From NCBI GenBank assembly GCA_965203095.1, contig OZ241877.1, forward strand, positions 704,001 to 768,000: 64,000 nucleotides of DNA. Reading direction: 5' to 3'. Origin of the DNA: Bdellovibrionales bacterium (GTDB lineage: Bacteria > Bdellovibrionota > Bdellovibrionia > Bdellovibrionales > UBA1609). Made by a program: the position numbers and the translations under genes. Positions 30,533 to 40,885 of this stretch are shown here, in pieces. Below the pieces are notes generated by a model. The model was not told where the DNA came from, did no database searches, and saw only the letters and a list, made by a program, of their open reading frames with translations. Within the stretch, counting starts at the first letter, position 1; each line of letters starts with the position of its first letter.

Positions 30533-31237
30533 TTATTTAACCTTTATAAGATGAACTTCAAAAATCAAAGTAGAGTGAGGGGGGATGTTTTGGCCCGCTC
30601 CCTTTTCTCCATAAGCCAGATCCGATGGGATATAGAATTTATATTTAGCTCCTTCTTTCATCAACTGTAAACCCTCTGTCCATCCTTTAATTACACTGTT
30701 GAGCGGGAAAGTGACAGTGGAATTATTTTTGTAAGAACTATCAAACTCTGTTCCGTCAATTAAAGTCCCACGGTAATGGACTTCCACCTCGCTTTCCGCT
30801 GTGGCTTTCCGGCCCTTTCCTTCAGTTAAGACTTCATACTGCAAACCAGAGGCAGTCACTTGGACCCCCTCTCTTTTTTTATTTTCTTCAAGAAATTTTT
30901 GCCCGGCCACTTTGTTTTGCTCCCCAACTCGTTTTTGCTTTTCTAAAAAAGCCTTTTGCTGGATCTGCTTGTGGATGGCCTCCGCGTCCTCAGGCTCTAA
31001 AACCGATGGCTGGTTGTTAATGCTGTCCCGAACCCCTTGTAAAAAAGCCGGCCCTTGTAGTTGAGCCTCTGATTTTTTAATGTTGTCAGCTAAAATATAA
31101 CCTAAAAGGTAGCTCGTCTTTTCTTCTTCTGTTTGAATAGTCGCAGGAGATTTTTCTAAAAAAGTTTTGATTTGATCGCAGGAAAGCAAAAACAAAGAAA
31201 AAACAAAAATCAAAAGAAACTGAGGCATTGGGCACAA
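30533..31237 (-). CDS. fkpA: FKBP-type peptidyl-prolyl isomerase (FkpA/Mip-like lipoprotein)
   Basis: Lipobox LLSC, TASGLQY, VHYRGTLIDGTEFDSS, VIKGWTEGL, LAYG..IPPHSTLIFEV. Confidence 0.92.
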   Translation of the reverse strand: MCPMPQFLLIFVFSLFLLSCDQIKTFLEKSPATIQTEEEKTSYLLGYILADNIKKSEAQLQGPAFLQGVRDSINNQPSVLEPEDAEAIHKQIQQKAFLEKQKRVGEQNKVAGQKFLEENKKREGVQVTASGLQYEVLTEGKGRKATAESEVEVHYRGTLIDGTEFDSSYKNNSTVTFPLNSVIKGWTEGLQLMKEGAKYKFYIPSDLAYGEKGAGQNIPPHSTLIFEVHLIKVK

Positions 31238-31405
31238 AACAACACAAACTTAATCGCAATGTCAAGCTTTTTGATAAAAAAATCACAGTGCATAATGCCT
31301 TTGTCCGCTACTTTTTTTCTTTTCCCACACAAAATCTTGTGAAAAATCAAATATATCGCTATCTTAGTATTTGGAAAATAGCAGACCTCCCACCGAAAGG
31401 GGAAA

Positions 31406-32512
31406 ATGCTCAGCACAAAAAACAGCCGAAACATTTTTTTATGCCTCTTTTTTTTGTCGGGATTGGGGCTGATTCAGGTTTATAGTTCTTCTTTTATGTT
31501 TGCTGAAGAGCATTATTCCAGCGGGCTTTTTTTTGTCAAAAAGCAAATGCTGTTCACTGTTTTGGCCTGGCTGGTTTTTTTTGTCACAGCTTTAACTCCT
31601 TGGAAATACAACCGCTACTGGGGGATGGCCCTTTGGTTTTTATCTGTCTTGATTTTAATTTTGACCTTATTCCCTTCAATGAGTGTTATGGCTGGCGGTG
31701 CTCGCCGGTGGGTGGCTCTGCCTTTTGGATTCCGTTTTCAACCCTCTGAGCTTTTAAAGGTTTCCACACCTTTTTTGCTGGCTTGGCTTGTGGTTCTTGA
31801 AGAGAGATGGCCCTTGCAGAAGATCTTTTTTTGGGCTGTCCCTTTTTTTGCCTTAGGCTTTCCTATTCTCATTCTAATTGGACAGCCGGATTTGGGTTCT
31901 GTAATTTTGATAGTCTCTTTAATTTTTGCCTTTGTGTTTGTTTTGGGTTTGCCTTGGATTTTTTTTGCCATCAGCTCTGTCTCTTTGTCCGGCGTGCTGT
32001 ATTATCTGATTCAGAGCCAAGCCCACAGTTCCGCCCGCTGGGAGGCTTTTTTAAACCCATGGGATGATCCTTTAGGTAAAGGTTTTCAAATCACACAAAG
32101 CCTTTTAGGAGTATATGCCGGCGGGATTTTTGGCACTGGATTGGGGCAGGGGCAAATCAAATTGTTTTTCCTCCCTTCAGCTCATACTGATTTCACTCTA
32201 TCTGTTTTTGCAGAGGAAACTGGTTTTTTTGGTCTTCTCATTTTATTTTCTGTGTATGCTTTTCTCATTTACTCCGGATGGAAAATATCCTTAAAAATTC
32301 ATGATTTTTATGAAAAGGTTTTGTCTTTTTCTCTCATTTTTATTTTTGCTCTCAGTGTTTTTGTCCATTGTGCAGTGAATCTGGCTCTACTCCCCACTAA
32401 GGGGCTGGCTCTCCCCTTTTTAAGCTATGGAGGAAGCTCCCTCATCTGCTCTTTTTTGCTTTTTGGCTGGCTGATTTCTATAGAAAGAGACAACCGAATG
32501 GCTGTTTTTTAA
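31406..32512 (+). CDS. ftsW: SEDS peptidoglycan polymerase FtsW
   Basis: GARRW, FQPSELLK, QPDLGS, LPSAHTDF, PTKGLALPFLSYGGSS. Confidence 0.92.
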   Translation: MLSTKNSRNIFLCLFFLSGLGLIQVYSSSFMFAEEHYSSGLFFVKKQMLFTVLAWLVFFVTALTPWKYNRYWGMALWFLSVLILILTLFPSMSVMAGGARRWVALPFGFRFQPSELLKVSTPFLLAWLVVLEERWPLQKIFFWAVPFFALGFPILILIGQPDLGSVILIVSLIFAFVFVLGLPWIFFAISSVSLSGVLYYLIQSQAHSSARWEAFLNPWDDPLGKGFQITQSLLGVYAGGIFGTGLGQGQIKLFFLPSAHTDFTLSVFAEETGFFGLLILFSVYAFLIYSGWKISLKIHDFYEKVLSFSLIFIFALSVFVHCAVNLALLPTKGLALPFLSYGGSSLICSFLLFGWLISIERDNRMAVF

Positions 32513-32657
32513 ACTTTTTTGGCTAAAAAGCCCATTTTTGAGATTTTTGCCAAAAAATAGCAAAAAAATTATAAATAGAGTTGACGAACTGGTAAAGGGC
32601 GTTTATTTTGGGCGGAAGTATTTTTAAAAACAAGTTAAAAAAACAAGGAGGAAAACT

Positions 32658-33329
32658 ATGTTTATAAGAATTATGTTGGCTTTAAGCCTTCTCTTTTTAT
32701 TTTCTTGCAACAAGTCTGATGAAGGAACAGGGCAAGAAGAAGGGGGGGAGACCTCTTCTTCAGCAGGTATTGAGGTGGGAGAGGCCACACAAGCCAGTCC
32801 GCCACAATTTGTCGCCGTCTGTGATAGAACATCGGCAGTTAAAGAGGCTATCTTAGATGAATTGTCTGGCTGGTTTTCTTCAGTGGAATGTTCAGAAGTG
32901 ACAAAGGAGAAATTAACGGAAGTCACATCTTTAGACCTATCTGGAAAAGAGCTGACACAGTTTAAACCCGGTGATTTTTCTGGTCTGACTGCTGTGACTG
33001 AAGTCAGTCTCAGTAATAATAAATTCACAAGTTTTCCAAAAGAGATTAACCAGTTTTCTGCCACTTTGACGGAGCTTTCTGCCAGCAATAACCAGCTGTC
33101 TGGCACAGGGGGTTGGCCTGTGGGATTTCCTCATTTAAAAATAATCAATCTTTCCAATAACCAACTGAGTTCTCCTCCAGCTGACTGGTTAAAAAACATG
33201 CCAGCTGTTGAAGAACTGAACCTCCGGTTCAATCACTTGTCTCCAGCCGATGTAGAAAGTTTAGAACAATCAGCTAAAGCACAAGATTTAGATCTGGGTG
33301 GTGGTTTAAATAGCCAAGCCCAAGAATAA
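32658..33329 (+). CDS. Leucine-rich-repeat lipoprotein
   Basis: SD AGGAGG, lipobox LFSC, LxxLxLSxNxL repeats preceded by a VCDRT..C cap. Confidence 0.85.
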   Translation: MFIRIMLALSLLFLFSCNKSDEGTGQEEGGETSSSAGIEVGEATQASPPQFVAVCDRTSAVKEAILDELSGWFSSVECSEVTKEKLTEVTSLDLSGKELTQFKPGDFSGLTAVTEVSLSNNKFTSFPKEINQFSATLTELSASNNQLSGTGGWPVGFPHLKIINLSNNQLSSPPADWLKNMPAVEELNLRFNHLSPADVESLEQSAKAQDLDLGGGLNSQAQE

Positions 33330-33345
33330 GGCTTTACAAAAAACT

Positions 33346-33376
33346 CCTCCTGCTAAAAAAAGCAGGAGGGTTTTTT
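33346..33376 (+). terminator. Intrinsic terminator
   Basis: CCTCCTGCT-AAAAAA-AGCAGGAGG followed by GTTTTTT. Confidence 0.8.
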
Positions 33377-33520
33377 CCCTTTAGGCCAGTCAGGGCCAAT
33401 ATTCTTGCCATTCCAGCTCATTATGCTTATACTGGGTTTTGTTTTGATGAGGGCCGGTTTTTTTGCCCTCATGGGGTCATAAACTTTTTGTCTAAGGAAC
33501 TTCAAACTAAATAGTCGCTC

Positions 33521-34093
33521 ATGAAAAACCTTTGTTTTTTTATAGGCTTTATTTTCCCTATTTTGAGCGGGGCCAAAATACATATTGAGCCTTATGCGGG
33601 TTGGAGCGGGACAACCATAAACCCCAGCCCCTTGCAAAAGGAAAATGTGAGCGGGGCCGAGTCCAGCTTAAACTATCTTAACGAAGGGGAATATTACACA
33701 GGCCCCGCTTTAGGAATGAGAGTGGGCTATTCCGCATTGGGCCTTGCTGTGGGCTTAGATATTACCAGTGGCTATTGGAGTGCCTTATATACGAAAAAGA
33801 AAGTTTCTGCTCAAAAGAAAAACATAATACCCACCCTGGTAGGGCTTTTTGCCTCTTATAAACTGCCTATTATGCTCAGGGCTTATTTTAGCCTTATCCC
33901 CCATAGTCCATTGCAAATCCAAACAGAAGAAGATTTTAGATCCTGCATATCCAGGGGATTCAAGTTAGGGGCCAGCTGGACATCTCTTCCCTTTGTCAAT
34001 GTGAGTTTAGAATATATGCCCCTCTTTATCAAAGGCAATAGCTGTCATTCTTGGTCTCATACCGGGACTGTTTATGTAAATGCTGTTTTTTAA
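33521..34093 (+). CDS. Probable small outer-membrane beta-barrel protein
   Basis: Signal peptide, alternating beta-strand pattern, C-terminal Phe. Confidence 0.55.
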   Translation: MKNLCFFIGFIFPILSGAKIHIEPYAGWSGTTINPSPLQKENVSGAESSLNYLNEGEYYTGPALGMRVGYSALGLAVGLDITSGYWSALYTKKKVSAQKKNIIPTLVGLFASYKLPIMLRAYFSLIPHSPLQIQTEEDFRSCISRGFKLGASWTSLPFVNVSLEYMPLFIKGNSCHSWSHTGTVYVNAVF

Positions 34094-36796
34094 ATGAATC
34101 TCTCAAAAAAAGCCAAAAGCATTAAAGCTTATCTAACAAAAACTTTAAATCAAATAACTGAAGGAGAAAAACATCTCCCTAAGTTTACTCGCATAAGTGG
34201 GTGGATTATCCCTGCCCTTCTTCCTTTTTGTTATTCTTTAATAGGCTCTCTTCCGCTGGAATTGGAGTTTTTTTCTGTTTTATATAATAAGGAGGGTGAT
34301 GCGGATTCCATCATGGCTATTTTGCCTCTTTGGCTGACGACTTTTTCTGTTTTATTTTTACTGCTTTTTCAAGCTCATTCTATCAAATGGGCTTTTGCAT
34401 TTTTTGCTTTGTTTTTTTGCACGAACTCTCTGCCTCTACTAAGTCAAGTAATACCAACAGCATTATCGAATGCCGATCTCTGGGCTTTATCACATGGAGT
34501 CACTTTTTTTACAGTATTGCCAGCCCTCAACAGTGCCCTTTTAACTCTTGTTTGTTTTACTTTATTTTTTATTCTTAGATGGATTTTATCTTTTTTGTTT
34601 TTTTATATTGCAAAAAAACGAAACTTTATTCCTAAAATATCCCAAACGGAGAAAGAGGCTCTTCTTACAGGTTCACCTTGGATAGAAAAAGGCTTTTTTG
34701 CTGGGCATCCTCATTTTGAAAAACTGATTCAGTTAAAATTCCCTCGTCTCACAAAAGAGGAAGAAGATTTTTTAACCACAGAAACCGAGAGCCTCTGCCA
34801 GCTCTCTAAAGAATGGGATCTGATCCAAACAAAGCAACTGCCTCAAGAGGCGGAAAATTTTTTAAAACAGAAAAAATTTTTCGGGCTTATTATCCCTAAA
34901 ACCTATAAGGGGCTTAATTTTTCAGCCTTTGCCCATGCTAAAGTGATTGAAAAATTAGCTTCGCACAATGTTCCTCTTTCCATTATTACAGCGGTTCCTA
35001 ATTCTTTAGGGCCGGCAGAACTTTTGCTGAAATACGGAACTGAAGAGCAAAAAAAACAATATCTCCCCTCCCTTTCAGAAGGAGTGGAATGGCCCTGTTT
35101 TGGCCTTACAGAAGTTCAGGCCGGAAGTGACGCCAGCTCTATTCAATCAGAAGGTATTTTGTTTAAAGAAAAAGGGATTTTAAAAATAAGGCTCAACTTC
35201 AGTAAGCGATGGATCACTTTATCTCATAAAGCCACTTTGATAGGGCTTGCCGTTCGGTTAAAAGATCCCGAACACTTATATTCTAAAAAAACAGATGGGG
35301 GCATATCTTGCCTGTTGGTGCCGGCCCATTCCCCCGGCGTGAAGAGGGGTCGCCTTCACGACCCTATGGCCTGCCCTATTTACAACGGCCCTATAGAAGG
35401 GGAAAATGTTATTGTGCTGGCCGAATCAGCTGTAATCGGCGGGATGAAAAATGCGGGGCGGGGCTGGCAAATGCTTACAGAAACTTTATCTGCTGGACGA
35501 GGGATCACACTTCCCTCTTTGGCTGTGGGCTGTGGGAAAAGAATGGCTTATTTGACCGGAACTCATGCTTTCGTGCGGAGGCAATTTGGTCTCCCTATCG
35601 GGAAGTTTGAAGGGGTGGAAGAGGCATTAGCCGATATTGCCGGCTGGCTTTATCTTATGGAATCGACTCAAAGCCTGACTCTCAAAGGCTTAAGCTTGGG
35701 TAGGGCTTCTTCTGTTCTGTCCTCACTCACAAAATATCAACTTACAGAAATGGCACAAAAAATTGCAAAAAAAGGAATGGATATTATGGGTGGGGCAGGG
35801 CTGAGTTTAGGCCCCAGGAACAAAATCGCTTCCATCTGGAATTTTTTGCCACTATCTATCACTGTAGAGGGAGCTAATATTTTGACAAGGAGCTTGATGA
35901 TTTACGGGCAAGGGCTGACAAAAGCTCATTTTTATATCTATCCCCTCATTCAAAGTCTGGAGCAAAATTCGTTTAAGCTTTTTCATCAAAATTTTTGGAA
36001 ATGGATCTATCAATGGCTGTGCAACGGATTGAGAGCTTTGGTTTTTAGCCTGACAAGAGCTTGTCTCATCATTCATCCTCTATTTTTATTTAAAAAAGAG
36101 GGACGAGCCATTCAAAAATTAGCTTGGGCTTCTTCCATTTTTAGTTTTTTAAGCGATTTGAGCCTGATTTTTTTTGGCGGTCGCTTAAAAATCAAAGAAA
36201 AACTGAGTGGCCGATTGGCCGATCTTTTGTCTTTTCAGTATATGGCTTTTGCCTTGATATGGCGTTATAAACAAACGGAACAATCTCAAAACTCTTGGCT
36301 AAAAACCCAATGGGGTTTGGACTTTTGCTTTTCAAAAATTCAAGAATCTTTAAATGTTTTATTGAAAAATTACCCTCATCGCCTCTCTCATTTTTTGTTA
36401 AAACCTCTTCTTTTGATTTTAAGGATAAACCCTATAGGCCAGCCCCCTTCGGACAAAACAGGAAAATTGTTGGCCACTCAACTTTTAACAGATGAGGAGT
36501 TTAGAGCAACACTCTGCTCCAACATGCACTTTCCGACAGATCCTGAAGATCAATTTCAAAAATTAACCAAAGCCTATAAGTGGAGCTTAAAAGAGCTCCC
36601 CATTTTACAAAAAATGAAAAAGCAAGGGAATATTTCAGAAAAAACAGCTCTCAATAAAAAACTCATCTCTTTAGAGGAGTATGAAGTTCTGCAATCGGCA
36701 AAAAAAGCCCGGTGGGAGGCCATTCAAGCCGACAGTTGGACAAAAAAGGAATATTTTAGCCAGCAGTATTTTTCACAAAATCCGCAAACAGTTTGA
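34094..36796 (+). CDS. fadE: Acyl-CoA dehydrogenase (FadE-type) with extended membrane N-terminus
   Basis: PNSLGPAELL, CFGLTE..AGSDA, KRWITL, RRQFGLPIG.FEG, ITVEGANILTR. Confidence 0.9.
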   Translation: MNLSKKAKSIKAYLTKTLNQITEGEKHLPKFTRISGWIIPALLPFCYSLIGSLPLELEFFSVLYNKEGDADSIMAILPLWLTTFSVLFLLLFQAHSIKWAFAFFALFFCTNSLPLLSQVIPTALSNADLWALSHGVTFFTVLPALNSALLTLVCFTLFFILRWILSFLFFYIAKKRNFIPKISQTEKEALLTGSPWIEKGFFAGHPHFEKLIQLKFPRLTKEEEDFLTTETESLCQLSKEWDLIQTKQLPQEAENFLKQKKFFGLIIPKTYKGLNFSAFAHAKVIEKLASHNVPLSIITAVPNSLGPAELLLKYGTEEQKKQYLPSLSEGVEWPCFGLTEVQAGSDASSIQSEGILFKEKGILKIRLNFSKRWITLSHKATLIGLAVRLKDPEHLYSKKTDGGISCLLVPAHSPGVKRGRLHDPMACPIYNGPIEGENVIVLAESAVIGGMKNAGRGWQMLTETLSAGRGITLPSLAVGCGKRMAYLTGTHAFVRRQFGLPIGKFEGVEEALADIAGWLYLMESTQSLTLKGLSLGRASSVLSSLTKYQLTEMAQKIAKKGMDIMGGAGLSLGPRNKIASIWNFLPLSITVEGANILTRSLMIYGQGLTKAHFYIYPLIQSLEQNSFKLFHQNFWKWIYQWLCNGLRALVFSLTRACLIIHPLFLFKKEGRAIQKLAWASSIFSFLSDLSLIFFGGRLKIKEKLSGRLADLLSFQYMAFALIWRYKQTEQSQNSWLKTQWGLDFCFSKIQESLNVLLKNYPHRLSHFLLKPLLLILRINPIGQPPSDKTGKLLATQLLTDEEFRATLCSNMHFPTDPEDQFQKLTKAYKWSLKELPILQKMKKQGNISEKTALNKKLISLEEYEVLQSAKKARWEAIQADSWTKKEYFSQQYFSQNPQTV

Positions 36797-36872
36797 TTTT
36801 TTGACCTTCATCCGATAAAAGCCAACTGGCAAACCTATTTTTTAAAATAGGAAGAGGGGGAAAGCTTATAAT

Positions 36873-37847
36873 ATGTTTGAAGGATCAGAAAAAAAAATAG
36901 AAGTTATATTTTCCTCTAAAAGCTCTTCCCTTTTGGAAAAGCCTGTGAGCTTTTGGGAAAAGATTGTCCGGCTCAGCGGAGCGAGAATCATCTCTCACTC
37001 CCAGTTCCCTAAAATGCACTCTTTTATTTTGTCTGAATCCAGCCTGTTTGTTAGCCAAAATCGCCTTGTCCTCATTACTTGCGGGCAAAGTGCTCTTTTT
37101 AAATCCCTCATAAAAATTTTAAAAAGTTTTCCTGAAGATTCTATTGAGGTTTGCTTTTTCCAAAGGAAAAACGAGTTTTTCCCAAAAATCCAAAAAAGCT
37201 GTTTTTATAAAGACTTAAAAAAAATACAAAAACAAATCGATGGGCAGGCTTACCGCTTTGGAGCTTTGCATGATCATCATTTTTTTCTCTTTCATAGTGG
37301 GGCAAGTTTTACCCCCCACAAACAAGACCAAACTTTAGAAACTTTGATTTACGACTCAGAGATATTTAAAGAGGATCCACTAAAAGCCATTCAACATTTA
37401 AAGCAGGAGTTAGCTCAAGCTTTTTTAGGTTTTGAAGTTCAGGAGCAATTTTTTTCTCCCTGGGGCTATTCTTTAAACGCTGTTCGAGGGGAGAATTATT
37501 ACACAACACATATCACTCCTGAAAAACCCTTTTTTTACATTAGTTTTGAAACCAACATTAGAGAAAAGTCTGTTCAAGCTCTTACAGATAAAGTTTTAAA
37601 TATTTTTAAACCTCTTCATTTTGATTTTATTTTATTTGAGCCTCAAAGTCGCCCTCAAGAGACTTTTGAGTCTTCGGATTACTTTTCGTCTTCTTCTTTT
37701 TACAAAGTTTTAAGCTGTGGCTACAATGTCACTTACCAAAATTTTCACAAAATAAAACCGGCCAGAAAAGCACCAGTGGGAATTAAAAAGGATGAAACCG
37801 CTAAAAAATTTAAATGGCCCTTAGTAAAACCGGCTCAAAGCTTGTAG
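36873..37847 (+). CDS. speD: S-adenosylmethionine decarboxylase proenzyme (long, eukaryote-like class)
   Basis: FEGSEKK, LSESSLFV cleavage site, ITCG, GYSLN, THITPE..YISFETN; adjacent to speE. Confidence 0.85.
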   Translation: MFEGSEKKIEVIFSSKSSSLLEKPVSFWEKIVRLSGARIISHSQFPKMHSFILSESSLFVSQNRLVLITCGQSALFKSLIKILKSFPEDSIEVCFFQRKNEFFPKIQKSCFYKDLKKIQKQIDGQAYRFGALHDHHFFLFHSGASFTPHKQDQTLETLIYDSEIFKEDPLKAIQHLKQELAQAFLGFEVQEQFFSPWGYSLNAVRGENYYTTHITPEKPFFYISFETNIREKSVQALTDKVLNIFKPLHFDFILFEPQSRPQETFESSDYFSSSSFYKVLSCGYNVTYQNFHKIKPARKAPVGIKKDETAKKFKWPLVKPAQSL

Positions 37848-37857
37848 AGGTTATGAT

Positions 37858-38718
37858 ATGAAAAACAAAAAACATTGGTTTGTTGAAGATCACAAAGGCA
37901 TTTTAAGAATGGGCTTTAAATACAAAAAAAAGCTTTTTGACAAAAACAGCCCTTTTCAAAATGTCCAAGTGATTGAGACAGAAGGTTTTGGCCCTATGCT
38001 CATTAACGACAATATTGTTATGACTTGTGAAAGAGACGAATTTATTTACCATGAGATGATATCTCATGTTCCGCTATTCAGCCATCCTCATCCTAAAGAT
38101 GTGCTCATCATTGGCGGAGGAGATGGGGGAACGGCCAGAGAGGTTTTAAAACACAGCCAGATCCAAAAATGTATTATGGTGGAGATTGACTCAATGGTTG
38201 TTTCTGCCTGTAAAAAACACCTCAAAGCAACAGCTTGTTCTTTTAGCCATCCCCGGCTGGAATTAAAAATTGAAGACGGTGCTCGTTTTGTGGCCCGGAA
38301 CCCCTCCTCTTTTGACATTATCATAGTGGACTCTTCCGATCCTGTAGGGCCTTCCTCTGTTCTTTTTGGATCTCAATTTTATAAAAATGCCTCATCAGCC
38401 TTAAAAAAAGGAGGGATTATTGTGGCTCAAGCGGGAAACCCTTTTTATGAGATAAAAAATCAAAAAAAACTTCTCAAAATCTGTAAAAAGCTTTTTCGCC
38501 GGGCGGGTTTTTATAACTACAGCAATTTGAGTTATCCATCGGGTCATTGGTCTTTTCTGTTGGCTTCTAAAGGTCCTCATCCCATAAAAGATTTTAAAGT
38601 GGGCCGGGTTAAAAAATTGGGTAGGGCTTTTCGCTATTATAATGAGGAGATTCACAGGGCCAGCTTTGCTCGAACTCAATTTGTTAAAGAGGCTTTAGGA
38701 TCACTTTGGACACTGTAA
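37858..38718 (+). CDS. speE: Spermidine synthase (aminopropyltransferase)
   Basis: DEFIYHEM, VLIIGGGDGG, VEID, IIVDSSDP. Confidence 0.95.
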   Translation: MKNKKHWFVEDHKGILRMGFKYKKKLFDKNSPFQNVQVIETEGFGPMLINDNIVMTCERDEFIYHEMISHVPLFSHPHPKDVLIIGGGDGGTAREVLKHSQIQKCIMVEIDSMVVSACKKHLKATACSFSHPRLELKIEDGARFVARNPSSFDIIIVDSSDPVGPSSVLFGSQFYKNASSALKKGGIIVAQAGNPFYEIKNQKKLLKICKKLFRRAGFYNYSNLSYPSGHWSFLLASKGPHPIKDFKVGRVKKLGRAFRYYNEEIHRASFARTQFVKEALGSLWTL

Positions 38719-38741
38719 AAAGCTTTTTCACAGGTAGTTAA

Positions 38742-39389
38742 TTAAGCAGATACACTTTCATCAGCATACAGTATAAAATTCAGAGACGGTGTGAAATCTT
38801 TCCACTTTCTTTCAAACTTCACAGTTTTTAAAAAATTGACAACACAGTTAGCTAAAAGCCGGTTGTTTAGCTGATTTTCCTCCACTTGTATATTTTTTGG
38901 CCGGCCATTTTGATCAATACGCCAGTTGAGCCGGATGGCTTCTCCAGCCATTAAAACAGAATACTTAGAGCAGGCATCAAGGATCTCTATATTGTTTTGT
39001 ATAACAGTAGCAAGATGTTTATCAAATTGTTCTAAAACGGAAGGGGTTGGGGTGGGAGCTGGGTTAGGAGCTGATGGCAAGGGAAGAGAGGCAATATAGT
39101 CGGGGTTAAAAGAGTTGTCAGCAGATCCGGAGCTTTTTGGGGTGGGAGTGGGACCTTTGCCCCTTTTAACCGGATCAGTAGTTTGAGTAGTCGCCGGTGG
39201 GCTGGCCTTTGGGGTAGGCGAAGGGGGAATCACACTTTTAGGAAGTTTAACACTTTGGAGGGAAGTTCTGGCTGAACTTTCTGGAGAATCAGAGCAAGAC
39301 AAAAGCAGGAAAAAAGAAAGTAATAATAGACATATTCTCATTTTAAAACCTCTTCTTTTAATAAATACATCTTGAGCTTGAAGATTCAA
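38742..39389 (-). CDS. Pro-rich lipoprotein with C-terminal AgmX/TonB-C-like domain (start probably at MRICLL)
   Basis: Lipobox LLSC, P/T-rich linker, 'IRLNWRIDQNG..LANCV..VKF'. Confidence 0.6.
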   Translation of the reverse strand: MNLQAQDVFIKRRGFKMRICLLLLSFFLLLSCSDSPESSARTSLQSVKLPKSVIPPSPTPKASPPATTQTTDPVKRGKGPTPTPKSSGSADNSFNPDYIASLPLPSAPNPAPTPTPSVLEQFDKHLATVIQNNIEILDACSKYSVLMAGEAIRLNWRIDQNGRPKNIQVEENQLNNRLLANCVVNFLKTVKFERKWKDFTPSLNFILYADESVSA

Positions 39390-39496
39390 ATCGGTTTTAG
39401 TATACTGGTCTTAAGTTGAAAATCAAATTTTTTTATGATTTCAAGATCTCATCTATTTTTTAAAAAAACGAGCAGGTTAAAAAAATCACTGTTAAA

Positions 39497-40840
39497 ATGA
39501 CAAACTCAAAAGCCTTTTCTAACAATTCCTCTATAGATTCCTTAATAGATCAGATAGTTTGCAGTATTCAAAAACAATCAGCTCATTGGGATCGACCTCT
39601 CCCTCCAGATCCAAAAAAAACTCAGCACTTCACAGAGCTTTTAGAATCCATCGCCAAACTAAGGGGTCGCCCACTATTTTATCCTTATTTAAGCCAAGGT
39701 TTTGGAAATGGCCCTTGGATCCGTTTAGCGGACGGCAGTGTCAAGCTGGATTTTATAAGCGGGATCGGCCCTCATATTTTAGGCCATTCCCATCCGGAGA
39801 TGATCAAGGCGAGTTTAAAGGGGGCTTTAGAGCCGGGAGTTATGCAAGGCCATCTACAAATGGGGGAAATTTATAAAAAACTTTTGGAAAAGTTGGTTGA
39901 AATTGCCGGAAAAAAATCTCGGCTTTCTCAAGCTTGGATCTGCCCTTCTGGCTCTATGGCCAATGAAAATGCCTTAAAAGCCATTCGGCAAAAAAAGCCC
40001 TTTGCACGAAAAATTCTTGCCTTTGAGCGGGCCTTTGCTGGTCGCACAACCATGATGTGCGAAATTACAGATAACCCTTCTGTTAAGGAGGGTTTGCCCT
40101 CTTACAATGAAGTTTTAAGAGTCCCTTTTTGCCCCGATCAGCCGGACAGGGCTTTACAAGTTTTAAAAAAACATTGGGATAAGGAGAAAGACAATATTGC
40201 TTTTTTCATGTTGGAGTTGCTTCAAGGGGATGGGGGTTGCTTTCAAGCAGAGAGAGAGTTTTTTGTCCCTCTTTTAGATTTTTGTAAAAATCAAAAAATA
40301 GCTATATGCTTTGATGAGATTCAAACCTTTGGACGAAGTGGGGAGTTTTTTGCTTTTGAACGGCTTAACTTAGGGGAATATGTGGATGTTTGCACGGTGG
40401 GAAAAGCCCTTCAGCTGTCTGCTACCTTTTGGACAGAGGATTATAATCCAAAGCCGGGGTTGGTTTCAGGAACTTTTGCTTCCTCCAGCTCCAGCTTTCA
40501 CTCCGCTTTGAAGCTTTTACAAATTCTTGAACCTTATATGGGGCCTGAGGGGAGGATCCAACAAATCGAAGAGGGCTGGCAGTCTCGTTTAAAAAGTTTG
40601 AAAAGTCTTTCACAAGTGGAGGGTTGGGGACTTATGTGGGGGGCTACTCCTTTAGATGGCAAGCCCCAGCAAGTTTCTCACCTTTTACAAATACTGTTTC
40701 AAAAAGGGCTGATTTGTTTTTCTTGTGGGCAGGGAGATCTCAAACGGCTGAGATTTTTATTGCCGGCAATAGTGGAGGACAAACATTTGGATCAGGCTTT
40801 ACTGATTTTAAAAAAATCCCTTGCCGAACTATCCGCTTGA
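39497..40840 (+). CDS. Class III PLP-dependent aminotransferase
   Basis: LDFISGIG..LGH, SGSMANENALK, AFAGRT, FDEIQTFGRSG, TVGKA. Confidence 0.9.
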   Translation: MTNSKAFSNNSSIDSLIDQIVCSIQKQSAHWDRPLPPDPKKTQHFTELLESIAKLRGRPLFYPYLSQGFGNGPWIRLADGSVKLDFISGIGPHILGHSHPEMIKASLKGALEPGVMQGHLQMGEIYKKLLEKLVEIAGKKSRLSQAWICPSGSMANENALKAIRQKKPFARKILAFERAFAGRTTMMCEITDNPSVKEGLPSYNEVLRVPFCPDQPDRALQVLKKHWDKEKDNIAFFMLELLQGDGGCFQAEREFFVPLLDFCKNQKIAICFDEIQTFGRSGEFFAFERLNLGEYVDVCTVGKALQLSATFWTEDYNPKPGLVSGTFASSSSSFHSALKLLQILEPYMGPEGRIQQIEEGWQSRLKSLKSLSQVEGWGLMWGATPLDGKPQQVSHLLQILFQKGLICFSCGQGDLKRLRFLLPAIVEDKHLDQALLILKKSLAELSA

Positions 40841-40885
40841 TGTGAATTTCAAAATAAAATTCCACAAACAGGCTTAAAGGATCTA

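Noticed and set aside
39381..39430. IS630 end remnant (TATACTGGTCTT) in the intergenic region
   Set aside because: Only ~12 bp match with no partner end or transposase; it equally fits a minus-strand sigma28-like promoter
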